A stretch of 38,059 bases of DNA from Chiloscyllium plagiosum (lineage: Eukaryota). Where the stretch lies: contig NC_057719.1 of NCBI RefSeq assembly GCF_004010195.1, positions 45,940,782 to 45,978,840 of the forward strand, written 5' to 3'. The translations under genes were made by a program, and so were the position numbers. Below the pieces are notes generated by a model, which worked only from the letters and a program-made list of their open reading frames with translations, made no database searches and was not told the DNA's origin. This document shows positions 12,110 to 24,225 of this stretch, in pieces; positions within the stretch are counted from its first letter, which is position 1, and each line of letters opens with the position of its first letter.

Positions 12110-13711
12110 GTAAGTACTTTCTGCATTTCTGGTTGTCTGTCTTTCTTGTGTTTCTTCCTACTTACATAATACATTACTTTATTTTTAAAAAAAATCCCAA
12201 GTTTTGTGAACATGTGTCTAGTACATTATAACCTGAATTTAACTATCAATAGTTTTTAAAAGGTAGAATTGCATTTGTTCTAGTTTTAAATATCTATTAT
12301 TTCATCATTGTGACTGTACTTCCCATTTTTTTTGTCAGGATAACTTTGCTTGTTACTAAAATGAACACAAAAATGCTGCAGCATCCCAGCAAAAAGTAGA
12401 GTTTATGTTTCAAGTAGAGTATTGCTGTTCAGAACAGAAATTGGTTGGAAAATGGTGACGTTTTAATATAATTTTGCTACAGATGCAAAGGAGGAGCAAA
12501 GTGGGGGGAGGTGGCAGATGGTGTGGAGGACTAGTGCAAAAGACGAAAGAGTTGCTCATTGGAGTCAAGGAGGAATAGAGGTATAGCACAGATGTAAATT
12601 AAGGTGTGCAAAGGTCAGAGTGGGTCCTCATAGCTGAGAGCAAAGTAAACAAGACAAGTCTGTTGAGTGTAGAGAGAATATAAGAAAAATGGAAGGTAGA
12701 TGTCATGAGTTCAGTCTCTGAAGTTGTATAATTCAGTATTGAGTCCTAGAAGTTGTAAAATGTCAAAGTGGAAAATAAGGTGGTATTTCCCAGAGCATAT
12801 GCTGTGCTTTGATGGAACATTGCAATAGGCTCTGCACAGATATGTTAACAGAAAGGGTCAATGAAGGTCATGCCATTGATGTAATGCACATGAACTTCCA
12901 GGAGGCATTTGACATGATTATGGCAACATTGATGCAAAAGTGAATAAATGATAAGTAACAGTGGATATTTATTTGACTAGAATAGGATATGTGGTCCAGC
13001 TGCCCAAGGCTCAGTTTTGGGATCCTTGCTTGTCTTCGCATACATTAATAATTTAGATCTTGATGTACACTTGGAAAATTTGATGTTTGTGAATGATACA
13101 AAGTTTAGAAGCGTTGTAAACTGTGAGGAAGCTAGTAAGAACTTCAAACGATAGAGACAGATTTGCAGAGTGAGTGTATAGGTGGCAGGTGAAGTTCAAT
13201 GTAAAAAAGTTAAGATACAAAATAAGGAGTAACACTAAAGGAGGTGCAAGAACAGAGGGACAAGGATGTGTAAGTGCATAGACATTGAAGATGGAGACAG
13301 CAATTGACAAAACGTTGTATTCTGAGCTTGCTTAATTGTACCTTGGAGTAGAAGAGCAAGGAGGTGATACTGAACTTATAAGACACTTGTCAGACCTTGG
13401 TTGGAGTATTTTGAAAAATTCAGGGTGCCACAGTCTGAAGAATGTAAAAGCATTGGAGTGAGTGCAGAAGAGTTTTACAGGCATGGTTCTAGGGATAAGA
13501 TACTTCACTTACGAGAATATATTGGAGAGCTTTGGACTGCTCTCCTTGGAGAGAAGAAAGCTAAGAGGAGATCTGATAGAAGTTTTCAGAATGATGAGTA
13601 GGTGCTGGGGTGAAACTAGGTAAAAACAATGACTGCAGATGCTGGAAACCAGATTTTGGATTAGTGGTGCTGGAAGAGCACAGCAGTTCAGGCTGCATCC
13701 GTGGAGCAGCA

Positions 13712-13749
13712 AAATCGACGTTTCGGGCAAAAGCCCTTCTTCAGGAATA
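13712..13749 (-). ncRNA. Minimal type I hammerhead ribozyme motif (opposite arm)
   Basis: Minus strand attc CTGAAGA a GGGC tttt GCCC GAAA C GTC gatt. Confidence 0.72.
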
Positions 13750-13758
13750 AAAGGCTTT

Positions 13759-13796
13759 TATTCCTGATGAAGGGCTTTTGCCCGAAACGTCGATTT
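13759..13796 (+). ncRNA. Minimal type I hammerhead ribozyme motif
   Basis: attc CTGATGA a GGGC tttt GCCC GAAA C GTC gatt; core complete, predicted cleavage after C13791; palindromic ACGT in place of helix III. Confidence 0.75.
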
Positions 13797-14571
13797 TGCT
13801 GCTCCTCGGATGCTGCCCGAACTGCTGTGCTCTTCCAGCACCACTAATCCAAAAGCTGGGGTGAAACTGCTGCTCATAAAAGGATCAAGAATGAGAGGAT
13901 GCGGATTTAATGTCTCACACAAAAGAAGTGAATGTAATGTACAAATAAAACTTTTCTAAACCACAAGTGGTTCAAGTCTGGAATACATGGGATGGAGGTA
14001 TGGTGGCGGCAGTTTCATTTGAGGCATTCCAGAGGGCACTGTGATTTTTAAATAGCCTGGCATGTTGTTTCTGTGTGGAAAAGGCAGGAGAGTGGCACCA
14101 AGTCATGGTGCCCATTTCGAGAGCGGGTGCAGATTTGATGGGCTGAAAGGTTGCTGCCTCTCCTGGAACATTTCTGAGATGCATGCCAGGAATATTTTGC
14201 ATCGTTATGGTTCATGTTCAGAATTAGTTTCAGGAAATAATCAATATTGGCTTTGTTTCCTGGTAGCCAAATGATCTGAATTGTGTTTGGACATGATTAT
14301 TGTATCAAGATTCATCAGCTACAACAGAATATGTGTATTGACCTAACACAGCTCAACAAAATAGTAGCTAGGGAAGTCCATCCATGTCAAGTAACTTGGG
14401 TTGAAGACTGAACAATAAATAAGTCTTGGCGGAAGAGACACTTACCTCTAGCAAGTTAAGGTTTCTTGAATTTAAGTAATTGTATACAGATTACGTTATA
14501 CACTTGGTAACAAGAAGAATAGAAGACATGAATGACTAACTACTACTGCTGAGATCTACCCAATGCTCCAT

Positions 14572-16000
14572 AAGACCATAAAGTCTAGGAACAAAAGTAG
14601 GCCATTCAGCCAATAGAGCAGCGAAAGTGAGGACTGCAGGTGCTGGAGATCAGAGTCAAGATTAGAGTGGTGCTGGAAAAGCACAGCAGGTCAGGCAGCA
14701 TCCGAGAAGCAGGAATATCAACGTTTCTGGCACCCGGATAGGTGGGAAGGAAGATTGGCAGGTAGGACAGTTCACGAGGATGGTGCTGAGCTGGAAGGTT
14801 GGAACTGGGGTAAGGTGGAGGGGGGAGGGGAAGTGAGGAAACTGGTGAACTCCACGCTAAGAGTGCAATAGGTGGATGCTCATTCATCCAATTGAGTCTA
14901 CTCTGCCATTCAATGTAATCATGGTTGATCTGATCATACTCAGTTCCATTTTCCTGCCTTTTTTGTAGAACCCTTGATTCCCATACTGATTGATAATCTG
15001 TCTATCTCAGCCTTGAATATTCTTAACTTCACAGCCTTGAGAGACCTCTTTTGTAAAGAATTCCACAGATTCACCACCCTCGAAGAAATTCCTCCTCATC
15101 TGTATTTCAGATGTGCTACTCTTATGGCCCTCTGATCCTCAACTCTCCCACATGGGGAAGCAACCTTTTTGCATCAACACTGTCTCTTCTATGTTTCAAT
15201 AAGACTGCCTCTCATTCTTCTAAATTTCGAGTACAGGCCCAACCATATCCAGGTTCAATCTAGTGAACCTTCTCTAGACCACCTCCAATGCCAATATATC
15301 TTTCCTTAGATTAGGGTAAATAAAACTGTTCACGGTATTCTAGCTTTGGTCTTACTATTGCCTTTTATAGTTTTAGCAAAATCTCCCTATTCTTATATTC
15401 CATTCCCTTTGAAATAAAGCCCAGACTTTCCTTTGCCATTCCTATTGCCCACTGAACTTGGATACTAGCTTTTTGCACAGGGATGCAAATCCCTCTGTGC
15501 TATAGTTTTCTGCAGTCTTTATCTATTGAAATCATATTTCACTCCTCTCCCCTTCTTGCCAAAGTGCATAATCTCACATTTTCCCTCTGTTCCATCTACC
15601 ATGTTTCTGCCCAATCGTTTAACCTGTCTATATTCCTCCACAGACTCTTATCTTCACCACTTGCCTTTCCACCTATTTTGTGTAATCTTGTAAACTTGGC
15701 CATAATTCATTTCACTTTCCTCATCCAGTATTGTAACAATTGTGGCTCCAGCACTGGTCCCTGTGGCACACTGCTAGTTACAGGTTATCATCCTGAAAAT
15801 GCCCCCCTTATTCCAATTGTCTTCTGCCAGGCAGTCACACCTCTATCCATGCTAATGTATTCCTTTCAATACTTTTTTTGATCTCCTTCCCTTTATAAAT
15901 AAAAGCGTTACATTGGCAACTCTCCAATTTCTGGACTTTTTCAGAATGTAAGGATTTTTGAAAGATTACTACCAGTGCCTCCACTATCTCTGTAGCTTCT
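14572..16000 (-). mobile_element. Old CR1 LINE relic
   Basis: Starts with reversed tail cataagaccataa...gtaggccattcagcc; agcactggtccctgtggcacac encodes VPQGPVL on the minus strand. Confidence 0.78.
14619..14880. mobile_element. Penelope-type short insertion (same family as 13618), hammerhead segment partly deleted
   Basis: Shares gtggtgctggaaaagcacagcaggtcaggcagcatccga; imperfect 16-bp TSD cattcagccaatagag (14603-14618) / cattcatccaattgag (14881-14896). Confidence 0.78.
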
Positions 16001-16018
16001 TGTAATACTTACTATGAT

Positions 16019-16249
16019 CAAAGTTTTTGCGAAGATTTGTAGCTCGAGTGCTCGTTGTTGTGGTTCTGTTCGCCGAGCTGGAAGTTTTTGTTGCAAACAT
16101 TTCGTCCCCTGGCTAGGCGACATCATCAGTGCTTGGGAGCCTCCTGCGACGCGCTTCTTTGATGTTTCCTCCGTTGTTTATAGTGGTCTGTCCCTGCCGC
16201 TTCCGGCTGTCAGTTTCAGCTGTCTGCTGTAGTGGTTGGTATATTGGAT
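16019..16249 (-). mobile_element. Penelope-type terminal fragment (second family) with 14-bp TSD and hammerhead motif
   Basis: atacttactatgat at 16005-16018 and 16250-16263; CpG-rich interior; minus strand gca CTGATGA t GTCGCC tagcca GGGGAC GAAA tgtt tgc at 16093-16132. Confidence 0.82.
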
Positions 16250-16680
16250 ATACTTACTATGATAGAATTAAAACTTGAACATATTTCTACTTGGAATAGG
16301 TCTTGTAACTAATTAGAACTGGTAAATTAGAACTCAAAACTCAACCTATAATTGTGTTTGATATAGGTCTTGCAATTAAAGTTACAGTGTACTCAAAATT
16401 TTACAGTATCATCAATTTGTAAGGGATATATTTTGCAATGAAGTTGAATACCTAAGTTGATTAATAAAGCGATGCTTATGGGTATTTTAAGTCTTTCACA
16501 TTTTGATGTACTTTTTACACCCTGTTCATTAGTATGTGTGGCCATGTTATACAGAAGAATATTAATATAATAATACCCAGTACATTCATCTGAAATGTTG
16601 TTTGCCAGTCATATTAATCATTTCAAATGAAATGGTTTAGCATCATCACTAATTGAGAAAATTCAGACAAATGCGTGAAT

Positions 16681-17240
16681 GGATGTAAGTTTGCTTGCTG
16701 AGCTGAAAGCTTCATTTTCAGACATTTCATCACCATACTATGTACCATTGTCAATGAGCCTCTGGTGAAGAGCTGGTCTTACGTCCCGCTTTCTATTTGT
16801 GTTTAGGTTTCCTTGGGTTGGTGATGTCATTTCTGGTGTTGGTATTATTTCCTGTGCTTTTTCTAAGAGGGTGGTAAATGGGGTCCAAGTCAATGTGTTT
16901 TTTTGATCCCGGTTGGCATGCCGTACTTCCAAGAATTCTTATGCGGTCTCGATTTGGCTTGTCCAAGGATGGATGTGTTGTCCCAGTTAAAGTGGTGTCC
17001 TTCCTCATCTGTATGTAAGGATACTAGTGATAGTAGGTCATGTCTTTTTGTGGCATCACCAACCCAAGGAAACTTAAACACAAATGGAAAGTGGGAAATA
17101 ACACCAGCGCATCACCAGAGAATTACTGATGATGTTACCTAGTATTGTGACAAAACATCTGAAAATGAACCTTCCAGCTTACCGAGCAAACTTACATCCA
17201 GAACCTCAAACTGAGCTGCAAATCTTCTCAAAACTTGCTA
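16681..17240. mobile_element. Penelope-like element remnant with inverted terminal segments
   Basis: Arms ~16681-16830 and ~17051-17199; centre encodes HDLLSLVSLHTDEEGHHFNWDNTSILGQAK on minus (GIY-YIG C-terminal-like); TSD aaatgcgtgaat/aaatgcatgaat at 16669-16680 and 17241-17252. Confidence 0.85.
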
Positions 17241-17625
17241 AAATGCATGAATATTAACTTCTTGTCACATTTACAGACCTTATTCTTACTCCTTAACTTT
17301 GTGCCTATGATATTGATAGTTTTTTTAAAAATAATTATCTGAAGTGTATGTTGAAAGGTTTGACTTGTTCTTATTTTGTGTACAAAAGATCTTTTCATTA
17401 AACATCAAAAGATTGAGTGTATTCCATCCAATATCTGTGCAATTAGAATTGAACTGATGCCTTTTGTTTTGGCAGTATAAATGTATTTCCAGGTTCATTC
17501 ATTAATTGTCTAAAGCAGCCTTTGCTATACAGATTTCTTTTAAATAAAATACATGAAGATTTCATCTTGGGTGTTCCTGATATCTCTCAACAGATATTGT
17601 TATTTGTTTGTACATACACACAAAT

Positions 17626-17840
17626 ACGTGTATGGAATGAGCTGCCAGAGGAAGTGGTGGAGCCTGGTACAATTGCAACATTTAAGAGTCATTTGGATGG
17701 GTATATGAATAGGAAGGGTTTGGAGGGATTTGGGCCGGGTGCTGGCAGGTGGGACGAGATTGGGTTGGGATATCTGGTCGGCGTGGACAGGTTGGACCGA
17801 AGGGTCCGTTTCCATGCTGTACATCTCTATGACTCTATAG
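17626..17840 (+). mobile_element. Short 5'-truncated CR1/HER1 3' end
   Basis: RVWNELPEEVVE..TIATFK.HLD; tail catgctgtacatctctatgactctat; same family as 4327-4533. Confidence 0.9.
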
Positions 17841-18830
17841 TGGAAAGGCAGAATGTGGGTTGATATCTACAGTTTTATCCAATGGTATTTCTAATTCCTG
17901 ATTATTTCATAGAAATGCTCTGAAGCAAAACAGTATATCAAAGTCCTGTATGCATGTGATTTAATAAGATGTTATAGTGTGTTTAATATCACCAGACATC
18001 TCTTGTATGTTTGTACAATTCACTTGCATAATGAATATCCGAGCAACAATGTTAAGTATTTTTGGAGCATAACTCCAAAAAAGATCTTAGCTGAAATGCT
18101 TTCCTATTTAATTGTGAAATATATTCAGTTGCATGTGCTTTGTAGTTCTGCAAGGGGTGAATCGGGTTAGACCAGAAGTCAGATATGTTAAAAGATACCA
18201 AAAATGTGCTGTTGTAAATAGTTTTTGTGAATCAGCCCATTAAAACTGAAATTACAAAATTGAGAGAATGAATCATCTTAAATTTTGAAATAACAAGGTC
18301 TTCCAAAAGTGAAGATTCAGCTGTACCACCCAGTTCAGCAGATGGGTGACTTGAGGTAGCTACTGGAATAATGGGGCCCAGTTATGTAGTATTCCCAATT
18401 ACGTTTTAATCCTTTTCTTAGCGGGGAAGCTGCTGCAGCTTCACCACAATGTAAGCACAGTTTATTGGGAGGTTAGATGGGCCTCAAAAGTAACAAGACT
18501 CTCATTCTACTATTTAGCTGGTTGTCAGCATGCCTGGCTGTGTGCTGAATGGCCTGCCTTTCATTCCCATCCACCAGCCAAACTGTTGGTTCGGCTTTTA
18601 AGACCGATTTGCACTTTTCCTGCTCTCTACCAATCTGAAATTCACTAAGGTTTAGAGCCAATCCCTTTGTATTTACTATTTGAGACGTTTGAATATAATA
18701 TTGCATTCCAGTGGAAGAGCTTTGGTGTATTTACAACACTTTTTATTGCAAACTTTCTTTTCTAATTTGTATGTAAGTAAGGAATGGGTGTAAGAAAGAA
18801 ATCTTCTGGTTTGCTTGGTTCACTCACATT

Positions 18831-18918
18831 CAAAAAGTGTGGCCTTGAAATAGCACAGTAGGTCAGGCAGCATCTGAGGAGCAGGAGAGTCTATGTTTCA
18901 GGCATAAGCCCTTGACTG
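18831..18918. mobile_element. Short Penelope-type fragment (13618 family)
   Basis: agcacagtaggtcaggcagcatctgaggagcaggagagtctatgtttcaggcataagccc; possible 7-bp TSD tcacatt. Confidence 0.7.
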
Positions 18919-19098
18919 TCACATTGTTTGTTACATTTATTTTAGCTTTATTTTATGCTAATCAGACCTGTCTAGAACCTAGTATAAGCATGTTCAAATC
19001 GCCAAAGATTTCCATTAAATGCTAGTTCCCTTTGAAAAGTAATTGTAATACGAAGATTATGTGAGAAATATATATTTTTATTTTTGTTATTTCTTCAG

Positions 19099-19135
19099 AC
19101 AAAAGAATTCATTGATGGATGCTTGGAAAATGGAG
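19099..19135 (+). CDS. STYX: STYX coding exon (37 nt)
   Basis: tatttcttcag|ACA...GGAG|gtaaag; TKEFIDGCLENG(G). Confidence 0.96.
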
Positions 19136-19221
19136 GTAAAGATCTGATTTTTGATTAGTTTTCATAATGTTTTGCACAAACAAAGCTATGGTGATGTATC
19201 CTGGCCACTTTGCTTTCTCAG

Positions 19222-19261
19222 GGAAGGTTCTTTTACATGGAAATGCAGGTATTTCTCGAAG
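19222..19261 (+). CDS. STYX: STYX coding exon (40 nt) carrying the degenerate phosphatase signature
   Basis: tgctttctcag|GG AAG...CGA AG|gtaaga; (G)KVLLHGNAGISR(S), with Gly in place of the catalytic Cys. Confidence 0.97.
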
Positions 19262-19361
19262 GTAAGAACATGATTCACTTTGGAGTTATAATCTAATTAT
19301 CATGACCCCCCCCACCCCAGAGGAAAATTAGTGACTTTACTTTTTTTCTCCTTTCCTCCAG

Positions 19362-19412
19362 TGCAGCCTTGGTGATAGCATATATTATGGAAACATTTGG
19401 TGTTAAGTATAG
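19362..19412 (+). CDS. STYX: STYX coding exon (51 nt)
   Basis: ctcctttcctccag|T GCA...TAT AG|gtaagc; (S)AALVIAYIMETFGVKY(R). Confidence 0.97.
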
Positions 19413-19799
19413 GTAAGCAGTGAAAAGAAATATTAAGTTTAAGGTGTGATGACCATACTATATCTGTTACTATTTTAGCTCAACTCAAAGCTGAAGTTAC
19501 CTTCTCCTAATAATGTAAATGACATTGAAAGCCAAATTACTGGCAAGGACAATAATATTTGCCCATCCTCAACTGGCCTTTTGAGTGTGGTGTTGAGCTA
19601 CCTCCTTGAACCATTCCAGTGCACCTATGGTGGTATTAAGAAGGGTATTTCAGGAATTTGCTTCAAACTATTTAGCAATGATGTTAACAAGTTTTATGAA
19701 CAATGGTCAATACATTGTTACAAATGTACAGTTTATAACTTTGGATTTCATTACAGTTTCTTTAATTTGGAATAAAATGGAGGAACAAAGAGGGTATGT

Positions 19800-22470
19800 G
19801 ATCATAAAACATAGAACAGAACATTTCAGGAACAGTCCCTTTGACCCTCTGTCTAGGCTGAGCATGATCCTATTCTAAACTAATCATATCCCTCTATTCC
19901 CTACCTATTCATGTTTGTTTAAATGCCTTTTAAACATTGTGCTTGTATCTGCTTCTACCGCCTCTCCTGGCAGTGTGTTCCAGTGCATACGCCCTCTGTA
20001 AAAATAAGACTTGCCTCTCTCAACTCCTTTAACCTTCCCCTTTTCACCTTAAACGTGTGTTACCTAGTGTTTGACATTACCACCATGGGAAAAATAATTC
20101 AGACCATCCACCCTATCATGCTTCTCATTTTGTACATTTCTTTCAGGTTCACCCCTCAGCCTCCAACACTCTACTGAAAACAATCCCAGTTTGTCCAACT
20201 TCCCTTTATTACTTATACAATCCAATCCAGGCAACATCCTGGTCAACCTCTTTTGTGCCCACTCCAAAGCATCCACAGCCTTCCTATAGTGTGGTGACCA
20301 GAAATACTCTAAATGTGGCCCATCTAATGTTTTAAACAGCTGCAGCATTGACTTATCAACTTTTATACTAAATACCCCAACCAATAAAGGCAAACATGCC
20401 ATATGCCTTCTTTACTGTCTTATCCTTTTTCAGGGAGCTATGGGCTTGGACCCCACAATCCTTCCATTTATCGCTGCTCCTAAGGTACTGCCATTAACTG
20501 TATAATGCATTTGACCTCCCAAAATGTATCACCACACAGTTGTCTAGATTAAACTCCATCTACCATTTCTTCACCAACTTTTCAACTGATCTCTATCCTG
20601 CTATACCCTTTGACAACCTTCTTCACGCTCATCAATTTTTGTATTGTCTACAAACCTACTAGTTAGACCTTGTACATTTTTATCTAAGTATATATATTTT
20701 TCAAACGGCAGAGGTCCCAGCACTGGTACTTGGGGAGCACGACTGGTGACAGACCCCCAGAAAAACACCCCTCCGTAACTACCCTCTGTCTTCCGTGACC
20801 AAGCTAATTTTGAATCCAACTTAACAACTGACTGTGGGTCCCATGTGACTTCATCTTCTAGAATAGTCTCCCATGCGGGACCTTGTCGAATGCTTTTGTA
20901 AAGTCCATGTCCACTGCCCTACCCTTCATATCCTCATTGCTTCCTCAGAAAATTCAAATTTTTGAGACAAGACCTCCTCTACATAAAGCCATGCTGACTT
21001 TTCCAAGTGAATTCATTCTTCTCCAAGTGCAAGTAAATCCTGCCCATAAGTATCTTCTCCACTAATTTCCCTACCATTGATGTAAGGCTAATTTGCCTGT
21101 AACTTTATGGATTACCCCTATTGCTCTTTTTTTTGAAAAATAACTGGCTATTCTTCAGTCTTCTGGGACTTCACCTGTGGCTAAAGAGAATGCAAAAATC
21201 TCTGTCAAGATTCCAGCAATCTCTTCCTTTTCCCCCCCTCAGTATCCTGGGATAGGGGACTTAATGTTTTTCAAGACACCCAACACCACCACCACCTTAA
21301 AATCAATATCCCCTAGAATATAAACATATTCTGTCTTTCTCTGTTTCTATCTTTCTAATCTTTCTCACTTATGTCCTCTTTCTCCTTGGTTAATTCAATC
21401 TGGCTGATGTATTCATTGAGGACTTCACCAACTTCCTCTGGTCCACGCATAAATTGCCTCCTTTTGTGCTATCCTTTTACTCCTTGTATACCTGAGATTT
21501 CCATTTGTTAAGGACATTTCATGGCCACTTTTAGCCCTTCTAATTTGTTGCTTGATTTCTTCACTGCTTCCTTATATCAGTCAAGGGCATTACCTGATTT
21601 TAGTTTCCTAAACCTTTACGTCTGCTTCCTTTTTCTTTTTGACTGAAGTTTCATTATTTTTTGTCATCCAAAGTTCCCAAATTTTGCCATCTTTATCTTT
21701 CAACCTCACAGCTACATGCTGGTCCTGAACTCTGATCAACTGGCCTTTAAAGACTCACATGTTGTCAGATTTCCATTTCCCCTGAAATAGCTGCCCTCAG
21801 TCTAATTTCTGCAGTTCTTGTCTAATAGTTTTCCCCCAATTTAGAACTTTCACTTGAGAGCCAGTCTTAATCATCTCTGCTCCATCTAAGGCCCCTGAAA
21901 CTGAGAGACAAGCTAAGGGAGGTTAAAATCACCCATTGCAACAACCCTGTTGTTTTCACGTTTTTCCATGATCTGCCTACATATCTGTTCCTCTATGGAC
22001 TGCTAGCTATTGTGAGGCTTATAGTATAACACTGTCATAGTGATTGCATCTTTCTCATTCCTGAGTTCAACACATACTTGCTGATGAGCCCTCCAAGATG
22101 TCCTCTTAGTGCAACTGTGATATTCTCCTTAATCAGTAATGCAATTCCCCCCTCCCACTTCATCTCTGTATTCGCTTGAAATATCTAAACACGAGGACAT
22201 TGAGTTCCCAGTTTTGCTCTTCTCTCAGCCAAGTTTCTGTAATAGCTGCAACACTGTAAATCAAGGCTCTAAACTCATCTGTTACCTGTTATGCTCATTG
22301 CATTAAAATAAACACACATCAGACTGTCAGTCCCGTCATGCTCATTAACCTGGCCCTGCCTATTCTTCATATTAGACTTACTTAACCTTTCCTTTCCTCT
22401 CAATCACTTGACAAGTTGATGTATTACTCTGATCCCCAGCCCCTGCCTCACTAGTTTAACCCTCCTGAAA
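19800..22470 (-). mobile_element. Long degraded CR1 LINE
   Basis: Minus translations PHLEYFWSPHYRK..WAQKRLTRMLPGL and APQVPVLGPL..RFVDNTKI; reversed tail catagaacagaac. Confidence 0.85.
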
Positions 22471-22917
22471 TCAGTTTTGCATTCTCCTGACAACAAGTGA
22501 AGTGTGTGTTAAAGATTAAAGGGTAGCCCACGTTTACTTGATACAAGGTGCAAGGTACAAGGTGGGAACATGATTGTTGGATAGTCAATTTGTATACTTT
22601 TAAACTGTCTGTTTATTTGCAAGGTACGTTCTTAGTTCAGAGTGTAAAGGAGAGCTAGTCAACATCTCTACTTGAATAGAAGTGTAAATGATTCACATGG
22701 CCATAGTGGTTAACTTTTTGAGGGAAAAATTGCATAGGAAACCACTAAGATTGCAAGATTCTATTAAAAACATCTCCGAATCTCTCAGATAAATTACAAG
22801 AAATGGGAGAGAGAGAGAGGTGAAAACTGCAGGTTTTGCACTCCGGTTGAAGAAAATAGTTCATATGAATTTAACCAAAACAGAAAGATTCACTTGGTTT
22901 TGGCTGGAGGGAGGAAT

Positions 22918-23235
22918 CAAAAAGTGTGGCGCTGGAAAAGCACAGCAGATCAGGCAGCATCTGAGGAGCAGGAGATTCGATGTTTCAGGCATAAGCCCTT
23001 ATCAGGAATGGGAGAGAGGGGTGGGGAAGAGGGGTTAGGTAGTTGGGAAGGTGATAGGTTGATATAGGGTGGGGGGTGATGGTGATATGTCAGAGGGGAG
23101 GGTGGAGTGGATAGCTGGGAAGGAAGATGGGCAGATAGGACAGTTCAAGAGGGCGGTGCCGAGTTGGAGGGTCTGGGATGAGTTGAAGTTTCCTTTTCTC
23201 CCCTCCCCCCACCTCATCCCAGATCCAATCATCCA
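22918..23235. mobile_element. Penelope-type fragment (13618 family) with G-rich body
   Basis: gctggaaaagcacagcagatcaggcagcatctgaggagcaggagattcgatgtttcaggcataagcccttatcaggaat; purine-rich part resembles 14735-14850. Confidence 0.75.
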
Positions 23236-23888
23236 ATTTTTTTATGTAGTTTGGAGCTTAAGTTGCCTTTTTCTTTCAGTAAAAGTCTTAACTTGCAACC
23301 TTGTACAAATCTAAATTAATTATTAGGGATTCAGTTTTTAAAGTTATTCATGTCTATGTGAATCATAACATGCTTTAAAATTTGGGGGAATGTTGGAAAT
23401 GATAACCGTTTTCAGTCATCTTAAGAACTACTTGTTACTGCAATAGATGATTTTAAGATCTTTCTGATTGAATGAATTAAGATGAGTCCGATCACCTTAC
23501 TCATTCTAATGATGTATTAATGAGTGCAATGAACCAGATTGCAGTGATTCAAGAAGGCAGTTCACCACCACCTCAAGGGCAAGTTGGGATAGGCAAATAG
23601 ATTCTGGCCCAGCCAATGATACCTACATCCCGTAAGTGAATTGGAAAGAGAGTTTGGGTATGAGCAGAACCTTTCTGGTTTGTTACATTTTAAGTTATAG
23701 AATGTATTATCAAATTGTAGAAGTTCCTGTCTTTGTCCTAGTTGTTAGACTGGGTAGTCTCTTCATTGCTTGCCCTTGCTGGCTGCTAACTTGCCAACTT
23801 ACTTTTATGTTATCGCCAAACTTTGACATTTTGTTCCATTTAAATGAGACTAAATCATATGCACATAGATCCCCATCACTGATCTTTC

Positions 23889-24225
23889 GAATAGAATAGA
23901 ATAGAATATTTGAATCATTGTCACTCTTTGGAGAAAGGTAATAGCACAGAATGAGGCCACTCAGTTAATCATGTCTGTGCATTCCAAGGAGCAATTCTCC
24001 ATACTTTCATTTTTTAAGTTTGCAGTTTTAATCCAATTCCTTCTTGAAGGCCTAGATTGAACCTGTCTCCATGAGGCATATGGGTAGTCCCTCCAGATCC
24101 CAACTCCAAACTGCATGTGTTTTTTCTTCATGTCACCATTGCTATTTTTGCCAGTTACCAAAAATTCATGACCTCTTGTTCTCAATCCTTCCACTAATGG
24201 GAACAGTTTTACCCTGTCTCCTTAA
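23889..24225 (-). mobile_element. Old CR1 3' fragment preceded by (GAATA)n
   Basis: LRTRGHEF on minus strand; gaatagaatagaatagaata at 23889-23908. Confidence 0.6.

Larger units (their letters stand above)
13618..13854. mobile_element. Penelope-type non-autonomous insertion: 100-bp inverted arms, 14-bp TSD
   Basis: Arms 13654-13753 and 13755-13854 with 4 mismatches; gctggggtgaaact at 13604-13617 and 13855-13868. Confidence 0.9.
12840..14170 (+). mobile_element. Old CR1 LINE RT and 3' end, interrupted by a hairpin insertion
   Basis: aacttccaggaggcatttgac (NFQEAFD), tttgtgaatgatacaaag (FVNDTK), agaggagatctgatagaagtt (RGDLIEV), CR1-type tail gatgggctgaaagg. Confidence 0.78.

Noticed and set aside
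13654..13854. miRNA precursor or DNA-transposon MITE
   Set aside because: The arms are asymmetric relative to the TSD, single-arm copies occur elsewhere, and hammerhead cores point to a Penelope-type origin; small-RNA production is not excluded
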